A stretch of DNA of 64,000 nucleotides from a virus. Taxonomy: Duplodnaviria; Heunggongvirae; Uroviricota; Caudoviricetes. The notes beneath the pieces were generated by a model. It saw only the letters and a list, made by a program, of their open reading frames with translations. It did not search any database and was not told the origin of the DNA. Made by a program: the position numbers and the translations under genes. Where the stretch lies: the IMG/VR virus record IMGVR_UViG_3300028805_000080, one strand, 5' to 3'. Below, one piece after another: positions 39,052 through 48,359 of this stretch (position 1 is its first letter; every line of letters begins with the position of its first letter).

Positions 39052-41748
39052 ATGGCCATTTTAGATTTTATTGATTGTATAAATACATTTTCAAGTAATA
39101 TAAATATAAATATATCTTCCAGTTCTACTCTTACTAATTATCTTCAAGATATATATAATGAATGTAAAGATCAATATAATGGAACAACTAGAAATGGATT
39201 ATCATTATTTTATAATCAATCATTATTTCCTAATGTATATGATTATTTTGTAAATGATAGTTCATCTTTAGGAACTACTGATAATGCTATAAATTCATTA
39301 ATAGGATGGTGTATGGCATTAGTATTAACCGAAATTATACCTAAAAAAAGAAATACTATATTAAAAGTCGGATATGAATTAGGAGGATATGATAAAAATA
39401 GTAGATTATATGGATATAGCTTTAAAAAAGATCCAATGGTTGCTAGATTAGTAGCAGGAGCTATTTATGTTACAATGAGATCAACAAAAAATCCAGATAA
39501 AGCTACTATGAAAAGTGAAGTAGGAACTAATAGTGATGGTTGGAACTGGAGTTTTCAAAATGGATATGATACATCATCTACTGCAGTAGGAGAAGATAAT
39601 TTTTTTATTGATTTTAGAGGTTTTATGCCTACTGCGCCAGGTCCTAATCATTCTTCTAGTATACCTGATTCAAAAGATAGTTATAATAATATACAAGTTG
39701 ATAGAGATATTCATGAAAATACAATAGTACCTAATTATAATTTAGATAGTGGATCTTATCGTCAAGAAACTGCTCAAGCTATATCCGATAAAGATATGGA
39801 AGTTGAACATTATTTTGGATCTAGTATTACAGTTTCTGGATATACAATTAGTCCTATATTTGGATCATTACATAGTAAAATTGATCGTACCGATGGCTTT
39901 GGGAAGTTTATGCATTGGGTTACAAGAACTGGAATGGCATCTAGAAAAATTTTACAAAATACATCTGAATATTATAGATTTAGACCAGGATGTGGATGGG
40001 ATTCAGCTAATACAAAAAATTCAACTAGTGATGATAGACGTAATGCTTTAGCTGACTTTGATATAGAAGATAGTGATGGAAGTAAGGAATTTTGGGATGA
40101 ATCAGGTACTGGAATATCCCACTATTATTATGATGAAAATGGTAATTGGACTAAATCAGATATAAAATCTGCATCAGAATATAAAAATGCTCAACAAACT
40201 TCATTACATAATAATTCTTATCCTTCCGGACATTCATCTGGTATTTGGTGTGTTGGACAGACTTTAATGGAATTATATCCAAGTCAAGCTACTACTATTA
40301 TGCAAACTTGTAATAGATTTGCTATTGAGAGAACTATTTGTAGATATCACTGGACATCAGATACAATTATAGGAAGAGTATTAGGAAGTGCAGCTAATGC
40401 ATTATTACATGCTACAAGTGATTATGATACAATTAAAGGAGGAAATTATAGTTCTTTAACTAATCTTACATTACCATCAGGAGGATCTTCTGGTGGAGGA
40501 AGCTCTATTACAACAGAAACAGGTGATGCTAATTTAAATAATGAACCAACCGAAGTTAATAGAGAAGGTAATTTTTCTGCAACTGGCAAACATAATAGTC
40601 TTAGTGGTGGTTTAAATGCTGATGGAACAACTTATACATCACCAGAAGAATTAGGAACTATAACATTAATAAATACGACATTAGGAGTTCCTAGTATTCT
40701 AGGTATATATATAGCAGAAGGAGGATCTTCTATGTTGAATTTAGCAGATATTTTCATTGAACAACCTGTAGAAACTCCTAATACATTAACAATTAAAACA
40801 TCAAAAGTATTATCTAATGGAAATAATACATATCGTAGAGTTAAAGTAGCATTTGGATGGAATAGTGGAGCTATACAAGGTTATGTAAATGTATATCAAA
40901 AAGCTAATTCTGGATCTGGAGGAAGTGGAGGATCAGGTGGATCTGGTGGTGGTTCTAATGTAAATCCAAGTGGTGGCTCAACTGGTTCTAGTGATGATAG
41001 TGGAACTCAAGGATCAGATAATATTGGAGGAATAGGAAATATTAGACTATTAAAATATAAGAAAGATATTATTCATGAAGTAGCATCTAGAATATCTCCA
41101 ATAGATGATCTTCAAATATATGGACTTTCTTATAATGGACTTACTTTATATTCATATTTTCATAATGATATTTGTATTGACTTACAAGATTTATGGAGTC
41201 ATTATTATAATTTAAGAGTAGAATATGACAAACTTAAATTATTTTATGATAGCTATAAAACATGGGCAGATAATAATTTAGAAGATTTAAATACAATACT
41301 ATCTGAATTACCAGGTATTTATAATGCTATTAACCAAGCAAATAGTGATATTCCTGATTTTGATTATACTGAAACAGTAATAGATAGTATAACTGTTAAT
41401 GATGATGGTGATCCAGTAGTTTCATCACATACAGAAACACATTATCCATTTAGTGGATGGTCAATGGATAATTTTACAGTTTCTCAATTAAATGATAATA
41501 ATATTCCTGATCCTAATGATATTGATCCTCCAGTAGTTAATCTAGCTGAGCAAGGAAAGCTTTATGATGAATATACTTATACTTGGCATAAAGGATCATC
41601 AACTTATGGAATGCCTTATGAAGATGTGCAAATGCCAGATATAATTTCTTATGTGCCAACAATACAAAATTATTGGCAAGCACAAATCTATACTTATATG
41701 AAATGGAGTAACAATCAATTTGATAGTCATTATCCATTGACACCTTAA
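39052..41748 (+). CDS. Large modular protein with a PAP2/class-A acid-phosphatase-like domain and Gly/Ser linkers.
   Basis: '...YRFRP...', then 'SYPSGHSSG' (PSGH), then 'ERTICRYHWTSD' (R-x5-H-x3-D). Linkers 'GGSSGGGSS' and 'SGSGGSGGSGGSGGGS'. Confidence 0.45.
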   Translation: MAILDFIDCINTFSSNININISSSSTLTNYLQDIYNECKDQYNGTTRNGLSLFYNQSLFPNVYDYFVNDSSSLGTTDNAINSLIGWCMALVLTEIIPKKRNTILKVGYELGGYDKNSRLYGYSFKKDPMVARLVAGAIYVTMRSTKNPDKATMKSEVGTNSDGWNWSFQNGYDTSSTAVGEDNFFIDFRGFMPTAPGPNHSSSIPDSKDSYNNIQVDRDIHENTIVPNYNLDSGSYRQETAQAISDKDMEVEHYFGSSITVSGYTISPIFGSLHSKIDRTDGFGKFMHWVTRTGMASRKILQNTSEYYRFRPGCGWDSANTKNSTSDDRRNALADFDIEDSDGSKEFWDESGTGISHYYYDENGNWTKSDIKSASEYKNAQQTSLHNNSYPSGHSSGIWCVGQTLMELYPSQATTIMQTCNRFAIERTICRYHWTSDTIIGRVLGSAANALLHATSDYDTIKGGNYSSLTNLTLPSGGSSGGGSSITTETGDANLNNEPTEVNREGNFSATGKHNSLSGGLNADGTTYTSPEELGTITLINTTLGVPSILGIYIAEGGSSMLNLADIFIEQPVETPNTLTIKTSKVLSNGNNTYRRVKVAFGWNSGAIQGYVNVYQKANSGSGGSGGSGGSGGGSNVNPSGGSTGSSDDSGTQGSDNIGGIGNIRLLKYKKDIIHEVASRISPIDDLQIYGLSYNGLTLYSYFHNDICIDLQDLWSHYYNLRVEYDKLKLFYDSYKTWADNNLEDLNTILSELPGIYNAINQANSDIPDFDYTETVIDSITVNDDGDPVVSSHTETHYPFSGWSMDNFTVSQLNDNNIPDPNDIDPPVVNLAEQGKLYDEYTYTWHKGSSTYGMPYEDVQMPDIISYVPTIQNYWQAQIYTYMKWSNNQFDSHYPLTP

Positions 41749-41765
41749 AAATATTAAATTTATAT

Positions 41766-42335
41766 ATGCGAGATATATTTATTAGAAGTATTTTAGCTGG
41801 TATCTCTATTGGTTTAGGAGGAGCTATATTTCTTAAGCTTGGAGGAATTATTGGAGCAATTATGTTTGCTTTTGGATTATTGATAGTAGTTCACTTTAAA
41901 TTACCATTATATACAGGAACAGCAGGATTCATTGAAGTCAATAAGTTTCAAGAATGGCTTAATATGTTTATAATATTAATTGGAAACATTATTGGATGCT
42001 TCTTGTTATCATTATTGAATATAAAAGGAATTGATGGATCTCAAATAATCCAATCAAGAATAGATGGAGGATTATTGAATGGATTATTAATGGGTATTGG
42101 GTGTGGATTGATAATGACATTAATAGTTAAAGGAGGAAGAGATAAGAATCTTCTATTGATATTATTTGGAATTCCTTTATTTATTCTATTAGGATTCTAT
42201 CATTCAATTGCTGATGCTTTCTATTTTGCAGTTTCTAATATGAATTTAGAATATTTACCAATCTATTTTATAATTGTGTTAGGTAATTTTATTGGTTGTA
42301 ATATTCCTAGGATTTTAAAATATAATAAAGAATAA
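41766..42335 (+). CDS. Compact formate/nitrite transporter (FNT)-family channel-like membrane protein.
   Basis: Six hydrophobic helices. 'GFYHSIADA' resembles the FNT 'GFEHSIANM' signature. 'EWLNMFIILIGNIIG' and 'VLGNFIGCNI' resemble FocA segments. Confidence 0.45.
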   Translation: MRDIFIRSILAGISIGLGGAIFLKLGGIIGAIMFAFGLLIVVHFKLPLYTGTAGFIEVNKFQEWLNMFIILIGNIIGCFLLSLLNIKGIDGSQIIQSRIDGGLLNGLLMGIGCGLIMTLIVKGGRDKNLLLILFGIPLFILLGFYHSIADAFYFAVSNMNLEYLPIYFIIVLGNFIGCNIPRILKYNKE

Positions 42336-42337
42336 TT

Positions 42338-42757
42338 ATGAATAAAGCATTTGCAACTATTGAAGGTATTAGAGAAGAAATTGAAAGAAATGATTTGTTT
42401 GATTTTCAATTTATTCCAGAAGAATCAAAAGAATTATCAGGATGTATTTCTAGTATAGCATTTGGACATGATAGAAAAGAACTTTATATCATTTGTCAAG
42501 ATTGGACTAAAGAAACTATTATAAATTATAAAAATGAAGAAAGTACAGTAAGTTTGATAACAGAAGAATTAGTAAATAAAGGATATAAAATCTTATTATA
42601 TGATTGTACTGGTAAAATAACTTGTGTATTTGAATTTGAAGATTGTCATTTGAAAGATAAAGCAGAAATCAAATTAGAGTATGATATTGGGCCAATTAAA
42701 ATTCCTATGTTTGTTATTTCACTTTCTTATAAGAATATTTATAAATTAACTGAATAA
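42338..42757 (+). CDS. Hypothetical protein.
   Basis: ORF only. Confidence 0.3.
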   Translation: MNKAFATIEGIREEIERNDLFDFQFIPEESKELSGCISSIAFGHDRKELYIICQDWTKETIINYKNEESTVSLITEELVNKGYKILLYDCTGKITCVFEFEDCHLKDKAEIKLEYDIGPIKIPMFVISLSYKNIYKLTE

Positions 42758-42759
42758 AT

Positions 42760-42942
42760 ATGATATTATTTTTTTATATTCTTGGAGTTATATTATTTTT
42801 TATTACTCTAAGACAAGATTCAGAAAATCCATTATGGTGTGATATTATATTATCATTATTTTGGTTTATTTGTATAACTTTAATATTATTATTTATCATA
42901 GGAATATTGATATATAATATAATTTTATATATTAAAAATTGA
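42760..42942 (+). CDS. Small two-TM membrane protein.
   Basis: 'ILFFYILGVILFFITL...FWFICITLILLFIIGILIY'. Confidence 0.3.
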   Translation: MILFFYILGVILFFITLRQDSENPLWCDIILSLFWFICITLILLFIIGILIYNIILYIKN

Positions 42943-42985
42943 ATTTTTTAAATACTTTTCTATATTATAATTGTAATTAATAAAA
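42936..42985 (+). promoter_or_regulatory. Conserved promoter-like element, copy B (TTGAAT-N16-TATATT...TTGTAATTAA).
   Basis: Near-identical to copy A at 11252..11300, with the same spacing to the ATG. Coordinates approximate. Confidence 0.45.
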
Positions 42986-42992
42986 GAATAAT

Positions 42993-43364
42993 ATGGAAAA
43001 GTTATTTGTCACAGTATTTAGAGCCGCAGGATATCCTGATTGTACCGGTAATGGACTTTCAAGTCGAGTAGATTCATCAACATTGTTTTTTGATTGTTCT
43101 AGAGAGGAAGCTATTGAGTGGTGTAAGTCTAATGGAAAGTCTCCAGAGTATATGTTTTTCTTAGTTAAAAGAGAGCTATGGGGAGAAGATCATTCTTATG
43201 CTGAGCCGTTGATTAAGCCAGAAGGTAGAGTTCAGGTATTTGGAGGCAATTTCCTTTATACTTCTGACTCAAGAATGTATAAGACTGGAGGAGTATATAA
43301 AGCTCCTGTACCTATTCACGATAGATTTGAGACATGGGAAGAGTTTGATGCAATGTCAAGATAA
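42993..43364 (+). CDS. Hypothetical protein (123 aa) with a GC-richer codon profile.
   Basis: Strong ORF preceded by the conserved promoter element. Confidence 0.4.
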   Translation: MEKLFVTVFRAAGYPDCTGNGLSSRVDSSTLFFDCSREEAIEWCKSNGKSPEYMFFLVKRELWGEDHSYAEPLIKPEGRVQVFGGNFLYTSDSRMYKTGGVYKAPVPIHDRFETWEEFDAMSR

Positions 43365-43533
43365 ATAACGTTAAATCTAATATTCTTAAATCTAATTACT
43401 ATGAAAAACACTTTTTATTTAAAAATTTTTTATTATTAATTTGAAATTGATAAAATAATTTATCTATTTTAATTTAACAAGATGAAGAAATTCATTTTGG
43501 AGCAACTAAATATATTAACATAAAATTTAAATT

Positions 43534-45462
43534 ATGAGCAACAAAAAGATTATTGGTATCGATCTTGGTACTACAAATTCATGTGTAGCCGTATTTGAAG
43601 GTGGCGAATCACAAGTTATTGTAAATTCAGAAGGTAAACGTACTACTCCTTCAGTAGTTGGTTTTACTAAAGATGGAGAACGTAAAGTTGGTGATGCAGC
43701 AAAGCGTCAAGCAATTACAAATCCGAATAATACTGTTTATTCTATAAAGCGTTATATGGGTATTACTTATGATAAGGTTAAAGATACAGATAAGAAGGTG
43801 CCTTATCATCTTATTAATGAAAACAACCTTCCTAAAGTGGATATTGATGGAAAGAAATATACTCCACAAGAAATTTCTTCTATGATTCTTACTAAAATGA
43901 AAAAGACGGCAGAGGACTATCTTGGAAATGAAGTTACTGAAGCAGTTATTACTGTTCCAGCCTACTTTGATGACCAACAACGACAAGCAACAATTGAAGC
44001 TGGTAAAATTGCTGGTCTTGATGTAAAGCGTATTGTAAATGAGCCAACTGCTGCAGCACTTGCTTATGGTATTGATAAGTCAGATAAGGATATGAAGATT
44101 GTAGTATTTGATTTTGGTGGCGGTACTCATGATGTATCTATTCTAGATTTTGGAAGTGGAGTATTTGAAGTATTAGCTACTGGTGGAGACACTCATCTTG
44201 GTGGTGATGATATTGATAATATTCTTATTAATTATATGGTTGATGAGTTCAAGAAAGATAAAGGTGTTGACTTGACAAAAGATCCAATGGCAATGCAACG
44301 ACTTAAAGAAGCTGCAGAAAAAGCAAAGATTGAACTTTCTTCATCAACAACAACAGAGATTAATCTTCCTTATATTACAGCTAATGAGAATGGACCTCAA
44401 CATCTAGTAATGAATATTACTCGTGCTAAGTTTGAACAATTGATAGATCCTATTATCAAGCGTACTATTGAGCCATGTCGTACAACTCTTGAGCAAGCAA
44501 AGCTTTCTACATCAGATATTGATGAAGTTATTCTTGTTGGTGGTTCTACTCGTATTCCGGCAGTTCAAGAAGCTGTAAAGAATTTCTTTGGTAAAGAACC
44601 TTCTAAAGGTGTTAATCCTGATGAAGTAGTTGCTATTGGTGCATCTATTCAAGGAGCTATTCTTAATAAAGAAGAAGGAGTAGGTGATATTGTTCTTTTG
44701 GATGTAACTCCTATTTCTATGGGTATTGAAGCACATAATCAATTTGATCCTGAAGGACGTATGGCAAAGCTTATTGAGGCTCAAACAACTATTCCTTGTC
44801 GTAAGTCACAAACATTTACTACAGCAGTAGATAATCAAACAGCAGTAACTATTGTAGTTCTTCAAGGTGAGCGTACTTATGCAAAAGATTGTAAGACTAT
44901 TGGTACATTTAATCTTGAAGGCATTGCACCAGCTAAAGCAGGTATTCCTCAAATCGAAGTAACATTTGATATTGATGCTAATGGTGTATTGAAAGTTTCA
45001 GCAAAGGATCAAGCAACTGGTAAGGAGCAAAAGATTACAATTCAAAACAATAATCTTTCTGATGATGAAATTGAAAGAATGAAAGCTGATGCAGAAGTTC
45101 ATAAAGAGGAAGACAAGAAACGAGAAGAATTGATGAATAAGTTGAATATGAGTCAAATGTTTATTAATTCTATTGATCAAGCATTGAATGATGATAATCT
45201 AAAAGATAAGATTACAGATGAAGATCGTAATAATATAACTTCTGCAAAGGATAATCTTGACACACTTCTTAAGGAATATCAAAAAGCAGAAAATAAAGAA
45301 GATGCTATGTCAAAGATTGAGGAAGCACAAAAAGCTCTTGAAGAAGCATGGAATCCAGTAGCTCAAAAGATTTATGCTCAAGCACAAGCTTCTAATCCTC
45401 AAGGAGCACAAGCATCTAATCCATTTGGAGATATATTCAATGGAGCAGGTAATACTCAATAA
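43534..45462 (+). CDS. dnaK: Hsp70 chaperone DnaK.
   Basis: '[14 protein letters not shown]', '[10 protein letters not shown]' and '[11 protein letters not shown]' are present. Full-length with a C-terminal lid. Confidence 0.9.
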   Translation: MSNKKIIGIDLGTTNSCVAVFEGGESQVIVNSEGKRTTPSVVGFTKDGERKVGDAAKRQAITNPNNTVYSIKRYMGITYDKVKDTDKKVPYHLINENNLPKVDIDGKKYTPQEISSMILTKMKKTAEDYLGNEVTEAVITVPAYFDDQQRQATIEAGKIAGLDVKRIVNEPTAAALAYGIDKSDKDMKIVVFDFGGGTHDVSILDFGSGVFEVLATGGDTHLGGDDIDNILINYMVDEFKKDKGVDLTKDPMAMQRLKEAAEKAKIELSSSTTTEINLPYITANENGPQHLVMNITRAKFEQLIDPIIKRTIEPCRTTLEQAKLSTSDIDEVILVGGSTRIPAVQEAVKNFFGKEPSKGVNPDEVVAIGASIQGAILNKEEGVGDIVLLDVTPISMGIEAHNQFDPEGRMAKLIEAQTTIPCRKSQTFTTAVDNQTAVTIVVLQGERTYAKDCKTIGTFNLEGIAPAKAGIPQIEVTFDIDANGVLKVSAKDQATGKEQKITIQNNNLSDDEIERMKADAEVHKEEDKKREELMNKLNMSQMFINSIDQALNDDNLKDKITDEDRNNITSAKDNLDTLLKEYQKAENKEDAMSKIEEAQKALEEAWNPVAQKIYAQAQASNPQGAQASNPFGDIFNGAGNTQ

Positions 45463-45546
45463 TAAATATATAATTTAAACTCTCAATAGGATTCTCTTGT
45501 AGAGTCCTTATAATAAAAAAATTCAATATAATTGGAGGTAATTATT

Positions 45547-45990
45547 ATGAAAAATGCTTTAAGTTTTTGGAAACCAATGAATTTATTTGGTTTTAATGAT
45601 GATTGGTTTGATGATTTTAAAGATCCATTCTTTGGAATTTCTAAGACTTTTACCAATTCCCCTAAAGTAAACATTAAGGAAACTGATAAAGCGTATGAAA
45701 TAGAAATTGCCAATCCTGGATTTACAAAAGATGAGACAAAGATTAAGATTGAAGATGGAGTACTTTATGTATCAATGATTTCTGAGTCTAAAGATGAGAA
45801 AGAAGATGATCAAAAGTATCATGTACATCAATGGTCAAAATCTACTTATCATGAATCTTGGAAACTTCCTGAAAATGTAATTGAAGATCAAATTGTTGCA
45901 AAGAACAATGATGGAGTTCTTGTTATTACATTACCTAAGAAGGAAGAAGAGATTAAGAAAGTTGAATCAAGGACAATTGAAATTGAATAA
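45547..45990 (+). CDS. Hsp20/alpha-crystallin small heat-shock protein. Start is probably this ATG, not the track's upstream non-ATG start.
   Basis: 'VNIKETDKAYEIEIANPGFTKDETKIKIEDGVLYV...LPKKEEE' ACD pattern. GGAGG Shine-Dalgarno sequence 8-9 nt upstream of the ATG. Confidence 0.7.
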   Translation: MKNALSFWKPMNLFGFNDDWFDDFKDPFFGISKTFTNSPKVNIKETDKAYEIEIANPGFTKDETKIKIEDGVLYVSMISESKDEKEDDQKYHVHQWSKSTYHESWKLPENVIEDQIVAKNNDGVLVITLPKKEEEIKKVESRTIEIE

Positions 45991-46049
45991 TTTTATTAAG
46001 AGTTTAATTGGGATGGGACATGTCCCATCCCATTTTTAATTTTTAATAT

Positions 46050-47093
46050 ATGGCAAAAGATTATTATAAGATATTAGGTATAGATAAGAATGCTACTGAA
46101 GATGAGATAAAGAAAGCTTATCGTAAAGCTGCAGTAAAATGGCATCCAGATAGATGGACAGATAAGTCAGAGAAAGAAAGAAAAGAAGCAGAAGATAAGT
46201 TCAAAGAAATCACAGAAGCAAATAATGTATTGAGTGATCCTGATAAGAGAGCTAAATATGACAAGTTTGGTGATAATTGGGAGCAAGCTCATGGATTTGA
46301 TTTTGACTTTGGTGGCTTTGATGATATAATGGGTGATTTCTTTGGAAGAAGACGTAAACCTAAAGGACCTTATCCAGGTCAAACAATTACAATGAACTAT
46401 TATATTGATATTCATGATATATTCAATGGTGTCAATAAAGATATTGAGATTGATGTAGATGTAAGATGTCCAAGTTGTAATGGTACTGGTGGTGAAAGTG
46501 AGATTTGTAGTCATTGTCATGGTACTGGTATGATTTCAAGAACTAACAAGACTCCATTTGGTATTATTTCTCAAGAGTCACCTTGCCCATATTGTCATGG
46601 ATTAGGAAGAATAATCAAGAAGACTTGCTCAGATTGTCATGGAGCAGGAATGAAAAAGAAGACTAGAAAAATCAAGTTGAATATCAAACCATTTACCCAA
46701 AATGGATATCCAATGAAATTTACTGGTATGGGATATGAGTCAAAAGATCCTAAAGGACTTAATGGAGATTTGATTATTCAAGTAATTTATAATATTGATT
46801 CAAAGAAATATGTAATTCAAGGAAATACTGTATATGAGAAAATAACTATTCCATATTATGATTGTATATTAGGAACAACTATGAAAGTAAAGTTGCCTAA
46901 TAACAAAGAAAAAGAGATTACTATTAAACCACTTTCTAATAATGGTGATAATGTTGTATTATATAATGAAGGAATAAATGGAGGACAATATATATTTGTT
47001 ATTGAACCAGAATTACCAAAGAGAACATTAAGTAACAAGCTTTCTAATGAAGAGAAAGAACTATTAGAAAAGATTAAGAAATTACATAAATAA
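46050..47093 (+). CDS. dnaJ: Hsp40 co-chaperone DnaJ.
   Basis: J-domain 'DYYKILGIDKNATEDEIKKAYRKAAVKWHPDR'. Four CxxCxGxG zinc-finger repeats. G/F region. Confidence 0.85.
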   Translation: MAKDYYKILGIDKNATEDEIKKAYRKAAVKWHPDRWTDKSEKERKEAEDKFKEITEANNVLSDPDKRAKYDKFGDNWEQAHGFDFDFGGFDDIMGDFFGRRRKPKGPYPGQTITMNYYIDIHDIFNGVNKDIEIDVDVRCPSCNGTGGESEICSHCHGTGMISRTNKTPFGIISQESPCPYCHGLGRIIKKTCSDCHGAGMKKKTRKIKLNIKPFTQNGYPMKFTGMGYESKDPKGLNGDLIIQVIYNIDSKKYVIQGNTVYEKITIPYYDCILGTTMKVKLPNNKEKEITIKPLSNNGDNVVLYNEGINGGQYIFVIEPELPKRTLSNKLSNEEKELLEKIKKLHK

Positions 47094-47141
47094 ATTTTTA
47101 TTTTTATATATAATAAACAATAAAAATATAAAATATTAAAT

Positions 47142-47720
47142 ATGACTAGTCAACAATTAGACGAAAAATATTCTCAATTAACTGGTATTCATACTGCAGT
47201 TTCTGAATTAATTGAAGCAGCTTCTACAGCTGAAGAAAAGAAAAAGACTTATGATCATTTAATGTGGCATATCAAGAATGGTCTTATTCGTGGTGTTGAT
47301 GGAATTAAAGAATTAGTAGAAGAAGTTCTTCCCGCTTTAGCCGAAGCTCTTGAACAACCATCTACAGCAGAACCAAGTGAAGAAGATGAATCTAAATATA
47401 CAGCAGAAGAAGCTGCTGCTTATAATTTACAACTTGATAATGCATTACAATATGGAGCAATTAAGACTCCTGCAGTAGAAGCTGTTGAAGCACAAGATGC
47501 GGTTCTTTATGAAGATGTTGAAGAATATAATGCCGCTAAAGGAACAGAATTAACTGAAGAGCAATTTGAAGAATTAGATGAAGAAGAAAAGATTAAGACT
47601 CCTGCAGTAGAAGCTGTTGAAGCACAAGATGCTATTCCTTATACAAATGAAGAAGTAGATGCTTATAATGCCACATTACTAGGAGCAGTACATGCGGGTG
47701 ATACAAAGTCTAATTCATAA
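47142..47720 (+). CDS. Acidic Ala/Glu-rich protein with an internal exact duplication.
   Basis: 'IKTPAVEAVEAQDA' occurs twice. GC-richer codon usage. Confidence 0.4.
   Translation: MTSQQLDEKYSQLTGIHTAVSELIEAASTAEEKKKTYDHLMWHIKNGLIRGVDGIKELVEEVLPALAEALEQPSTAEPSEEDESKYTAEEAAAYNLQLDNALQYGAIKTPAVEAVEAQDAVLYEDVEEYNAAKGTELTEEQFEELDEEEKIKTPAVEAVEAQDAIPYTNEEVDAYNATLLGAVHAGDTKSNS
47460..47632 (+). repeat. Two exact 41-bp direct repeats (attaagactcctgcagtagaagctgttgaagcacaagatgc) 132 bp apart, in frame within the CDS.
   Basis: Read directly from the sequence. Coordinates approximate. Confidence 0.7.
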
Positions 47721-47748
47721 TAAATGAATTTACATTTAATTATTATAT

Positions 47749-47780
47749 AAGGTGAACAGTAATGTTCACCTTTTCTATTT
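47749..47780 (+). terminator. Rho-independent terminator after the acidic-protein gene.
   Basis: 10-bp stem aaggtgaaca/tgttcacctt with loop gtaa, then ttttctattt. Confidence 0.55.
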
Positions 47781-47805
47781 TAAATATATTGAAATTAATT
47801 TAATT

Positions 47806-48018
47806 ATGCAATATAAATTCAAATATCAAAAAGACGGAATAACATTTGTATATAATAATGATAAGATAATAGCAAAATATAAATTAGATTATCGTTGGAA
47901 AGAAGTCAATTATTCATATAAAGATAATTATATACAAATAAGAATATTTAATGGAATAAAGAAATATCAAGATGTCTTAATAGAATTAAATAAAGAAGAA
48001 ATTCAAGAAATACCATAA
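47806..48018 (+). CDS. Small hypothetical protein. The ATG start is preferred; the track's 47752 start is a GTG inside the terminator hairpin.
   Basis: 'MQYKFKYQKDGITFVY...'. The upstream portion of the track ORF overlaps the terminator. Confidence 0.3.
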   Translation: MQYKFKYQKDGITFVYNNDKIIAKYKLDYRWKEVNYSYKDNYIQIRIFNGIKKYQDVLIELNKEEIQEIP

Positions 48019-48036
48019 ATAAATAAATCAAATAAG

Positions 48037-48291
48037 ATGTTACCAGGATTTATCACATTATTTAAAGATAAAGAAGGATTTGTACATTTATATTTTTTTC
48101 AAGGATTGACAGATGAAGAAAGGCCTTATTATAATAAATTGAATTTACAAAATGATAAATATAAATATAAGTTAATAGAACATACAGATAATTCTTTTGA
48201 ATACATATTTGAGAATAAGAAAATCAAAAGTATGACATGTAATTTAGTTTCTTATACTAACAAGACATATAATACAATATTGACATTATAA
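48037..48291 (+). CDS. Hypothetical small protein.
   Basis: ORF only. Confidence 0.3.
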   Translation: MLPGFITLFKDKEGFVHLYFFQGLTDEERPYYNKLNLQNDKYKYKLIEHTDNSFEYIFENKKIKSMTCNLVSYTNKTYNTILTL

Positions 48292-48294
48292 AAT

Positions 48295-48326
48295 TGGTAG
48301 GTAACTCTTAATTGAATTACCTACCA
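48295..48326. terminator. Bidirectional terminator hairpin between convergent genes.
   Basis: 10-bp stem tggtaggtaa/ttacctacca with a 12-nt loop. Confidence 0.45.
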
Positions 48327-48359
48327 TAATTAATTAGAAATTGTGTTTAAAATTATTTA

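Noticed and set aside
43481-43522. 13-codon mini-ORF 'MKKFILEQLNILT' upstream of dnaK that superficially resembles the CTS motif.
   Set aside because: The F and E residues are out of register with the CTS consensus (M1 K2 ... F7 ... E10). It is too short to be cargo. It is likely a chance match in a promoter or leader region.
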